Source: a virus (taxonomy: Duplodnaviria; Caudoviricetes). Taken from it: a stretch of 34,362 nucleotides of DNA. Below are positions 17,449-24,790 of this stretch, piece by piece; within the stretch, counting starts at the first letter, position 1, and the number at the start of each line of letters is the position of its first letter. Position numbers and translations under genes: made by a program. The notes under the pieces were generated by a model, which was given only the letters and a program-made list of their open reading frames with translations, was not told the DNA's origin and made no database searches. The stretch spans positions 1-34,362 of IMG/VR virus record IMGVR_UViG_3300037484_000197; one strand, given 5' to 3'.

Positions 17449-18599
17449 TATGCGGCCTCTTCATTTTCAGGTTCAGTATCAGAACCAATTGCTCCAACTT
17501 GGAGAACTTCGCCAGTTTCGATGTCAACTACTCCGGCTGACATCACTTCACCTTCAGTCGAAGAAGAGAACATGTCTTCTTCTTCAAACTTCTGGAAAGC
17601 GGCCTCGATCTCGATCACCTTTGGGTTTGTAGTCAGAATCTTCAACGCAAATTCATCGGTCAGGTCAGTCTTCTTGAACTTGATCTGCTTGCCGTCAAGT
17701 TCAACCAGGAAGCCGTAGCCGTCCTTGGTGATGACGCCGTCATCTTCCCAGCGCTCCAACAGACCAGTAGTCTTGCTCAAACCTTCAGCATACGGAACTT
17801 CAAGCTCGATGCGGGTACCAGGCTTAACGAAGCGTGACTTGTAGGTAGCTGCACGCATGCGAATACCCACTTGCTCAGATTCAGCCTTGAGGTTCAACTT
17901 GGTCAACAGAGTGATCTGTGAAGCAGAGTACTTCACACCGTTGGTAACTGCCCATGCTCCGTCGCCTGCCATGATGTCAGCTGGGTACACTTGGTCAGTG
18001 AAGACGAAGGTTGCGTTGCAGCGTCCAAGACGAGACACCAGAGTACGAAGCAAGTGTTTCTTGTTCTTCGCAGATTGACCTTGATCACCGGTTTGACGAC
18101 CTTGTTCGAACTTCTCGTTCTCAGAGTCAGTCAGCAAGTTACCCAGAGAGTCAAGTACAATCACCAAGTCAGGAGCTTCCTTGTTGAACTTACCGTAAGC
18201 CTTCTCATAACCGGTCAAGAACTCTGACACGACGGAAGTAACGTTTTGAATCGTTACCACCTGTACGTAAGTCAGGTTCTCATCTTTGGTGTTGATGCCA
18301 GCGCGAGACATGAACTTCGGATCAAGCGCGTTCTCAGAGTCGATCACCAGACACACCGCACCAGCCTTTTGAGCTTCGCGGATGATGTTACATGTTATAT
18401 AAGACTTGCCTACGGCAGACGGTCCGACGAACGCGGTCAGACGACCCTGAGGGATCGCCTTAAAGTATGAGCCGGACAGAATGCGATTCAGCGCATAGTT
18501 ACCGGTAGAGTACCACTTACCGGGTGGAGAGAACTCGGTCGAGACATTCTCAAGCTTCGCGATCTCTTTCTTGAACTTTGTTAAAAATGGAAGAGCCAT
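17448..18599 (-). CDS. uvsX: RecA/UvsX recombinase
   Basis: YSTGNYALN, GPSAVGKS Walker A, IDSENALD, VLDSLG, KSRF. Confidence 0.93.
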   Translation of the reverse strand: MALPFLTKFKKEIAKLENVSTEFSPPGKWYSTGNYALNRILSGSYFKAIPQGRLTAFVGPSAVGKSYITCNIIREAQKAGAVCLVIDSENALDPKFMSRAGINTKDENLTYVQVVTIQNVTSVVSEFLTGYEKAYGKFNKEAPDLVIVLDSLGNLLTDSENEKFEQGRQTGDQGQSAKNKKHLLRTLVSRLGRCNATFVFTDQVYPADIMAGDGAWAVTNGVKYSASQITLLTKLNLKAESEQVGIRMRAATYKSRFVKPGTRIELEVPYAEGLSKTTGLLERWEDDGVITKDGYGFLVELDGKQIKFKKTDLTDEFALKILTTNPKVIEIEAAFQKFEEEDMFSSSTEGEVMSAGVVDIETGEVLQVGAIGSDTEPENEEAA

Positions 18600-18621
18600 T
18601 GCTTTCCCCTTGAAGAAGTGA

Positions 18622-18643
18622 AGGGAGGCCCGAAGGCCTCCCT
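18622..18643 (-). terminator. UUCG-tetraloop hairpin (terminator or stabiliser) after ssb
   Basis: AGGGAGGCC-TTCG-GGCCTCCCT followed by TCACTTCTT. Confidence 0.75.
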
Positions 18644-18658
18644 ACGCGTTACGACTGA

Positions 18659-19582
18659 TTAAGCGCCGCCGTTTTGACGAGCTTTAAGCTTAGCCAGGAT
18701 CTCTTGCGGAGACAGCTTACCAGTAGAAGCAGGAGCTGCTTCATTCACCACAGCAGGTGCAGACTGAGTGAATTGTTGGACAACAGAGTCAGCTGATGCA
18801 GTTTGCTTCGGAGCAGCAAGCTGGTTATCCAGAGAAGCACTGCCAGTAGAACCGGCAGGATTAGACTTCTCTTCCTCATAGGAACGCCCAGTGAGGAATG
18901 CTTCGATCATTGCTTCCATCTGCTCACGCTCGATCTTACCGTAGCGGTACTTCTTGAGGTCATACATTTCGAGGTGAGTCAGCAAGTTCTCTGGGATGCC
19001 ACTTGACTTACGAGCGAAGTCAGATGTGGTGTAGTCTGCGTATTCACCTTGGTGAGTCTTGTAGATCTTGAAGTTGTAACCATCAACCATGTCATACGGC
19101 ATCTTGTCGAGGTCGCCCTTGACGATCTTGGCCTCGATGACCTTGTACAGCTTCGGACCGATTGAGATCATGCGGACAGGATTCTCGTCAGCTTTGATCG
19201 GGTACTCGAACGGAGTGGAGATGATCACGCCTTGAGCGATGTAATCAATCTTACGCCAGAATGTCTTACCCATCTTCTCGTCGCCTTCGTCGTAGTACTT
19301 CTTAGAGTGCTCGCAGCAGGGGCAAGACTCACCGTACATCTTCAAGCAAGCGATGCGCTTCTTCTTACCATTGATGAGCAGTTCGTGGTACTTGTTTTCG
19401 ACGATGAAGCCAATTGGGTTTTCTTCATCAAGGTCAGGGAGGAAACGGAATTCGACGGTTTCGTCAAAGTCCATCTTGTAGAAGGGGTAGAACTTGTCCC
19501 AAAATCCAGTATTGCCTTCGCTGGATCCTTCGGATTCTTTCTTCTTGAAAGCTTCGCGCAGTGCGTTGATATCTAGTGCCAT
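18659..19582 (-). CDS. Single-stranded DNA-binding protein, T4 gp32-like
   Basis: FRFLPD, C...CPCCE Zn site, GYNFKI, YADYTTSDF, low-complexity tail ending EILAKLKAR. Confidence 0.9.
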   Translation of the reverse strand: MALDINALREAFKKKESEGSSEGNTGFWDKFYPFYKMDFDETVEFRFLPDLDEENPIGFIVENKYHELLINGKKKRIACLKMYGESCPCCEHSKKYYDEGDEKMGKTFWRKIDYIAQGVIISTPFEYPIKADENPVRMISIGPKLYKVIEAKIVKGDLDKMPYDMVDGYNFKIYKTHQGEYADYTTSDFARKSSGIPENLLTHLEMYDLKKYRYGKIEREQMEAMIEAFLTGRSYEEEKSNPAGSTGSASLDNQLAAPKQTASADSVVQQFTQSAPAVVNEAAPASTGKLSPQEILAKLKARQNGGA

Positions 19583-19653
19583 GATTTATTTCCTTATGAA
19601 AGTTGTTACTTACGGTTATGATCGGAGACCACCATCCGAGGTGATCACCAGAT

Positions 19654-19661
19654 TATTTATA
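19654..19661 (-). promoter_or_regulatory. T4 late promoter TATAAATA upstream of ssb
   Basis: Perfect consensus, intergenic. Confidence 0.75.
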
Positions 19662-19701
19662 AGCAGACCGTTTGATCATTTTATTTCAAAACGGTCTGCT
19701 T
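19661..19701. repeat. 13 bp perfect inverted repeat
   Basis: AAGCAGACCGTTT (19661-19673) and AAACGGTCTGCTT (19689-19701). Confidence 0.85.
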
Positions 19702-19709
19702 GTACATTT
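19678..19709 (-). promoter_or_regulatory. Promoter AAATGTACA-N17-TAAAAT upstream of ssb
   Basis: -35 at 19701-19706, -10 at 19678-19683. Confidence 0.65.
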
Positions 19710-20211
19710 AGTCAAAGATGTACTCGGTTCCAGCTGGATCAGAAGGATGGAAGCCACTTCTTGGTCCGCTTGCAATCCCGCTCAGTTGGATAAACTTTGC
19801 TGCTCTTACTGGCTTGATCGCAAGATCTACATACATCTCACCTTGATCGACTCGGTGAGGAGTATTGTTCGTCTCGTCGCAAATAACTACATAGTCGTGA
19901 ATTCCACCCCGATAGTAAAGCTCTTCAAGAAAGTCCTCGATCGTACCCTTAACGAACTCTCTAAGCTTGTCATCATTTTGTTCGAACAAGCAATACTGCA
20001 ACGTCTCTTCCATGTGTTGCTGGGTCGTCATCAGAAGTCGAGTGACTCCGACATGATCTAGCTTTGTCTTTTGGATGAGCTCAGGCTCCGACAGAAGCTG
20101 TTCGGCAAGAGCTAAAGCTTTTACTTCAAGCTCAGCAAAGCTTGAAGTAACTTCGACCGATTGAAATGGAATTAGAGCAGTTGATTTTGGCTTGTTAAGC
20201 TTTTTCTGCAT
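19708..20211 (-). CDS. Stand-alone tail-sheath (gp18) C-terminal domain
   Basis: VTRLL...LFEQND...RGGIHDYVVICDETNNTPHRVDQGEMYVDLAIKPVRAAKFI matches the gp18 C-terminus; about 167-184 aa only; start at 20211 (GGAG RBS) or 20262. Confidence 0.85.
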   Translation of the reverse strand: MQKKLNKPKSTALIPFQSVEVTSSFAELEVKALALAEQLLSEPELIQKTKLDHVGVTRLLMTTQQHMEETLQYCLFEQNDDKLREFVKGTIEDFLEELYYRGGIHDYVVICDETNNTPHRVDQGEMYVDLAIKPVRAAKFIQLSGIASGPRSGFHPSDPAGTEYIFD

Positions 20212-20641
20212 ACCAATCTCCATTAGGGCCAGTAACAGTAAGCCGAACTGGTATCGTGACATGATTCTCGACGATCAGTCCCCTGATCGCTCTTTTTTCT
20301 TCCAGCTCTTTCTTAATTTGAGCCAGGTATTCTTGAACTTTTTTAGGTGACAGTCCACCGACGTCACCATGGAAGACATTTCGTTCTTCTGGAATACGAT
20401 TACTCTCTTCAGATAACGGCTCGATCTCAGACTCGGGTTCTTCAATATATTTCCAGTTCAACGAGGACACTTCACTCACTTGATCTATCATCGGTTGAAC
20501 ACCGACGAGATCAGTCGCGATCACTCCGGGTAAGACCCGTCGAATGATTAGAATGTTGCCAGGGATGAAAGCACCAACTCCGAAGGGTGCTTTCATCTCT
20601 TCAGCAAGTCTAATGCGCTTGAGGTAGCGTTGTTGAATCAC
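20195..20641 (-). CDS. Chimeric mini-protein: major-capsid (gp23) segment plus portal (gp20) segment
   Basis: aa 30-65 IIRRVLPGVIATDLVGVQPM...LNWKY; aa 82-117 RIPEERNVFHGDVGGLSPKKVQEYLAQIKKEL. Confidence 0.8.
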   Translation of the reverse strand: MIQQRYLKRIRLAEEMKAPFGVGAFIPGNILIIRRVLPGVIATDLVGVQPMIDQVSEVSSLNWKYIEEPESEIEPLSEESNRIPEERNVFHGDVGGLSPKKVQEYLAQIKKELEEKRAIRGLIVENHVTIPVRLTVTGPNGDWYAEKA

Positions 20642-20925
20642 TCAATAACTCCGATGATGTAGTCTTCTCGAACGGTTAAATACTCCAGGCCACCATGCTT
20701 GAACTTGATGATGTCGTCCCCGTCTTGATAGAGAACCTTGTCTCCAACTTTGACTTCCATCGGTATGATCTTATCATCGTTCAGGCGACCACGTCCTATA
20801 GCAACTACGGTCCCTTGATTCTCATGTTTAGATGGAGTATCAATGAGTACAAGTCCAAAACTTGTGACGAGGTTAGGTATAGTTGGCTTGATGATGAGAC
20901 GGTCTTGTAGTGGGGTGAGGTTCAT
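20638..20925 (-). CDS. groES: GroES-like co-chaperonin (copy 2)
   Basis: MNLTPLQDRLII, TSFGLVL, GTVVAIGRG, VKVGDKVLY, REDYIIGVIE. Confidence 0.93.
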   Translation of the reverse strand: MNLTPLQDRLIIKPTIPNLVTSFGLVLIDTPSKHENQGTVVAIGRGRLNDDKIIPMEVKVGDKVLYQDGDDIIKFKHGGLEYLTVREDYIIGVIE

Positions 20926-20945
20926 TAATTTCTCCATTTGGTGTA

Positions 20946-20977
20946 ATTGTAACACTCTCTTTCAGAGAAGGACATTT
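20946..20977 (-). promoter_or_regulatory. Promoter AAATGTCCT-N17-TACAAT with extended TG
   Basis: -35 at 20969-20974, -10 at 20946-20951. Confidence 0.6.
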
Positions 20978-21739
20978 AGCTCAAGAATTCAACAAGGTAC
21001 TCTTGTTTGAACTTTTCTTCACCTATGGTCCTAGTCAGCTTCTCTTGCCAAACTTGATCATAACCAGGAACTGCTAGACCTGAAGCGTAGATTGGATGGA
21101 AGCCATTCTTTCCTGTAATAGCACCCCTCCACAGATCTTCAAAGAATTTTCCATTCTCATGTACGTTAGGGGTGGAGGCAACTACTAAACGACCATCATT
21201 GCAGATGGTTGGGCAAAGAGAAGTCCACAGCTCATCTTGAAGGCTCTTCTTCACGAATGCTAGCTCATCAAGAAGAACCAAGGAGCAACTGCGCCCACGT
21301 ACCATATACTCGGTCATTGCCATAGCTTGAATCTTTGAACCGTTGTCAAATTCCATCTCATGTTTATTGTTACAGATTGTTTTAGGCTTCATCCAATCAG
21401 AAAGATTCTCATGGATGAAGCGTGCTTTGTCGAGGATCTGAGTTGCAACTGCGTTGTTGAGACATCCGAGAAGAGTGTACTGATCATAATTGAATCGGGA
21501 GAACCAGTAAGCAAAGGCTGCCAAATAGAGGTCTTACCAGTCTGACGTCCTTGCATCATGACCGAGAAGCGTTGTTCGTAGAGAGCACGAATTGCTGCTT
21601 CTTGAAAGTCATACAGCTTGAAGGGAACTTTTCCCTTGAAAGGATCATTCAAGTAGCAGTAGTTGTTGATGAAGTAAACTGGATCATTCTGGCAACGAAT
21701 GAGCTCAGTGATCATCTCTGGGGTGTACTCTGTTTTCAT
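20976..21739 (-). pseudogene. Terminase large subunit ATPase-only paralog with a 1-nt frameshift at ~21524 (pseudogene or sequencing error)
   Basis: MKTEYTPE...YDFQ...GRQTGKTSI / LAAFAYWF...FDNGS...RGRS...LLDELAF...STPN...QEYLVEFLS*; adding one T restores colinearity with TerL-N. Confidence 0.8.
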
Positions 21740-21752
21740 ATTCTCTCCTATG

Positions 21753-22859
21753 TTATGAGAAGAAGAACGGGACTGGATCTTCAAAGTCATTCGTCGTTTC
21801 TTCGTAAAACTCATTATCTGTTTTGTAGATCTTGTCAAAGATCTCAGGTTCATACTCTGACAGCTTCTTCATGATGCGCATGATGATCAAGACTGCAGAA
21901 ACTAAGTCATCAGTTGCTCCTTGCTTCGCAGCATAGGAAGCCCCACGAGCGATGTAGTTCTTCAGCTCAAATATCAAAGTTTTTGATCTGAACTTCATGC
22001 CACCCTCTACCTTCTCAGTCATGTTCTTCAACTGACGAGCGGCTTCTAGCTTCGGTTTATTCACTGTGCGGAAACCGGTGCGGGTCTCCTTGCCACTGAT
22101 GAGCTCAGCTTCCTCGGGAAACTTCTCATCGTTGTAGAAAAGAGTCGCGATCGCGGCACCGGCTGAGTTGTTCTCAAAAGACCAGTAGAGAGTAGGCGGC
22201 TTACCACTGCGCTTGTCACGAACCGAGAGAATCTTCTGGATCACGAACTTGAGCGCGTTGTAAAGTTGCGTCTCGTTGATCGCGTTGCTACGAAACTCGG
22301 CAACTTGCTCAAGAGTCTCTAACTCGAAGACCTCAACCGTTGAGTAGTCTTGCTCTACTCCCTCTGCGACGTCAGCACCGATCATGTAAGTCTTGTGAGG
22401 ATCGATCTCTTTCCAGAAGGAAAATCCCTTGTCAAGAATGATCGGTGGGTGTTCTTTCATCCCCTGCAGCGTGATTGATTTGATCAGTAGCTGGTCGTCA
22501 GATAAAAATTCGCAATTATGTGAAATGACAGAATTTGACAAATATTCATGTTCATCTACATCAGATAGATCATATAAATTGATGTCATGATTGATTATTT
22601 CTAATGAAGCTACAGTAAGGCCTGTAGATGTAACAAAGCCTTTTAAGTCTTTAGCTTTTATAAATTTTGGTTGAAATCTACCAAGATGATCTCGTTCTTT
22701 TAATTTAACACGATGAGTGAGACTACATTTCAGAATAGATCCATCTGAAAAAATAATTTTTACAAGTTTTGCGTGTTTACTCTTAATGACACCAGAGAAT
22801 TGGACAAAAGACACACCATTCCAAACTTCTATATTGCTATTTTTTACTCTTGAAGCCAT
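21753..22859 (-). CDS. terL: Split intein C-fragment (115 aa) fused to the terminase large subunit C-terminal nuclease domain
   Basis: CSLTH block B, LYDL block F, SHN/CEF junction at 22515/22514; RNase H-like GADVAEGVEQDYS, FENNSAG, TDDLV. Confidence 0.93.
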   Translation of the reverse strand: MASRVKNSNIEVWNGVSFVQFSGVIKSKHAKLVKIIFSDGSILKCSLTHRVKLKERDHLGRFQPKFIKAKDLKGFVTSTGLTVASLEIINHDINLYDLSDVDEHEYLSNSVISHNCEFLSDDQLLIKSITLQGMKEHPPIILDKGFSFWKEIDPHKTYMIGADVAEGVEQDYSTVEVFELETLEQVAEFRSNAINETQLYNALKFVIQKILSVRDKRSGKPPTLYWSFENNSAGAAIATLFYNDEKFPEEAELISGKETRTGFRTVNKPKLEAARQLKNMTEKVEGGMKFRSKTLIFELKNYIARGASYAAKQGATDDLVSAVLIIMRIMKKLSEYEPEIFDKIYKTDNEFYEETTNDFEDPVPFFFS

Positions 22860-23981
22860 TTAATACACTCCTGGATGCATTTGGATTGATCTCTGACGAA
22901 ATCATACTCCCAAATGATTTTAACCTGATAGCCATTACTAATAGCAAGATTGATCTTTTTCTTATCCTTTTCCCAGATATCTTCGGCTTTAACTTTTTTT
23001 CCATGAGGAAGAGAAACTATGCTATCTGGAAAATAAACCCTTGGTGAAGCATGCCAATAATCTCCGTTAAACTCAATGATCTTTTTATTGAAAACATAAT
23101 CATAGTGAAATCGTTCAATTCTTAATTCTCCACCAACATATTGAGAGTTTCCACCTATTTCAGTGTGTAAGAAATCGCAGAATTTACGTTGTGGTTTACT
23201 TGTGTTTCCAATAAACGGACTTTTTGGAAAATACGGCACCCCATATTTTTCAGTCCAAGTCAACTCGCATTTCTTTCTAATCTCTTTCCAATGCCCAGAT
23301 TCTTTAAGTTGTTGAATTTTTTTCAATCCTTCTTCTGAATACATTAAACCATCATACTTGGTTCTTTTAGTTGAGATTACTTTTTCATAAATTTTAGTTC
23401 GTCTGTTGGGATCCCATTTATATTTTGTTTCAGATGCTGATTGACTGTTAGAATACGTGGGATCATTGTATCGCAACATAGAAGTTTTTCTACGTTTTTC
23501 TTTTGCTGAGTCTTGAACTCCCTCTTTAGATAGAGCTTTCTTTATTCTTTCTTTTGTTTTTATACCTTTAGGAGATCTATAGTACGTCTTGAAAACAACA
23601 CTCTTTCGTTGCCCAATCTCTTTCTTTTTCTCTATAGACTGTAACGAGATAGATTTTGCTATCTCTAATCCTACACATTTTCTGTCTCCGCATGTAGGAA
23701 GATAAGACCATTTGTGATTTTCAAATGTACATACTTTTCCACAATAACAATATCGTCTATCTCCGATATAAGTGGAAAAGTATTCTTCTTCAGTAAGATT
23801 GTGACTGGCCAAGTATTGTGAGAACTTTCCATTAGTTTTACAGTATTCTTTGCCATCAATCTTTGATAAGACGTATTTGCTCTTCCCCTTCATCAGAAAG
23901 TAATTCATATAGATCACCGATTTTCATTTGTTTGATCTTTTTATTTATGCGAATCGTGATCAATGTATCATATTCTAAGCA
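22515..23981 (-). mobile_element. Split intein plus intervening free-standing homing endonuclease (fractured gene)
   Basis: IntN 23981-23859, endonuclease 23917-22844, IntC 22859-22515; visibly more AT-rich than the flanks. Confidence 0.9.
22844..23917 (-). CDS. Vsr/DUF559-like (EDxHD-type) homing endonuclease
   Basis: C-terminal SKPQ...YD...IIEFNGDYWH...WEKDKKK...GYQVKIIWE; N-terminal CxC...C...C; basic repeats ending RY/KY. Confidence 0.85.
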   Translation of the reverse strand: MIYMNYFLMKGKSKYVLSKIDGKEYCKTNGKFSQYLASHNLTEEEYFSTYIGDRRYCYCGKVCTFENHKWSYLPTCGDRKCVGLEIAKSISLQSIEKKKEIGQRKSVVFKTYYRSPKGIKTKERIKKALSKEGVQDSAKEKRRKTSMLRYNDPTYSNSQSASETKYKWDPNRRTKIYEKVISTKRTKYDGLMYSEEGLKKIQQLKESGHWKEIRKKCELTWTEKYGVPYFPKSPFIGNTSKPQRKFCDFLHTEIGGNSQYVGGELRIERFHYDYVFNKKIIEFNGDYWHASPRVYFPDSIVSLPHGKKVKAEDIWEKDKKKINLAISNGYQVKIIWEYDFVRDQSKCIQECIKWLQE

Positions 23982-24782
23982 CAAATACTCTTGGCCAAAC
24001 TTCAGGTCGCCTACCTTAGATCGCATCATCTTCTGCCAATTAGGGTCAGCACGTGTCGTCTCAACACCGTTGTCTGCCGTTACTGGGATCTCATCTACTG
24101 GTACGAAGATCGGGATGAATCCGTTGTTTCCTGATTGTGCTCCCCTCCACAGCTCAGCGTAGAGATCATGGTCGCCGTTTGGAGTAGACATGACCACACA
24201 CGAACCACCTGTAGACAGAGTGGGTAAGATAGAAGCCCACATCTCATCTTGAATTCGCTTGCTGACGTGAGCCAACTCGTCACAGATGAACAGAGCAACA
24301 GATCTACCACGACCAGTAGTTTCAGTAGTCGCTTCTGACCAGATCTTAGAACCGTTGTCAAATTCTACCGAGCCGCGGTTGTAGAACGGAACCCCAGGGC
24401 GGAGGAAGTCAGGAGTGCTCTCATACATGAACTTGATACGGTTCATGATATCCGAAGCACCCTTCTGTTTGTTTGAGGCGACCAGGACGTTTTTATCAGA
24501 GTGGAAGCTTGCAAACCAGAACGCGAACGCAGCCGTTGTCTCAGTCTTTCCACACTGACGACCGATCATCAGAATGTTGAAACGGTTATGATGTAGAGAC
24601 TCAACGATGCGAATCTGATAAGGTCTCAACCTGAACTTGATCTTACCTAACTTTTGGTGTTGAATATAGCAATAGTTAGAGATGAAGTAGACAGGATCTT
24701 CAGCACAACGCTTCAGCTCTTGCAGCTGCTCGGCAGTGTACTCAACTTTCGCGTTGGGTTTCTTTATGAACTCTGAAGCCAT
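23856..24782 (-). CDS. terL: Terminase large subunit N-terminal ATPase domain fused to split intein N-fragment (41 aa)
   Basis: LRPYQ, GRQCGKT, GRGRS, ICDELAH, STPNG; QEYL/CLEYDTLI junction at 23982/23981. Confidence 0.95.
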   Translation of the reverse strand: MASEFIKKPNAKVEYTAEQLQELKRCAEDPVYFISNYCYIQHQKLGKIKFRLRPYQIRIVESLHHNRFNILMIGRQCGKTETTAAFAFWFASFHSDKNVLVASNKQKGASDIMNRIKFMYESTPDFLRPGVPFYNRGSVEFDNGSKIWSEATTETTGRGRSVALFICDELAHVSKRIQDEMWASILPTLSTGGSCVVMSTPNGDHDLYAELWRGAQSGNNGFIPIFVPVDEIPVTADNGVETTRADPNWQKMMRSKVGDLKFGQEYLCLEYDTLITIRINKKIKQMKIGDLYELLSDEGEEQIRLIKD

Positions 24783-24790
24783 GGCTCGCC

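Noticed and set aside
21515-21535. Programmed -1 ribosomal frameshift in the TerL paralog
   Set aside because: No X XXY YYZ slippery heptamer; a homopolymer error or mutation is simpler
21740-21853. N-terminal extension of ORF 21389-21853
   Set aside because: Overlaps the terL-C 3' end; TerL homology and the RBS point to the ATG at 21739
22844-23917. Group I intron as the explanation for the interrupted terL
   Set aside because: No non-coding space for a ribozyme core, and the flanks carry clear intein splice motifs
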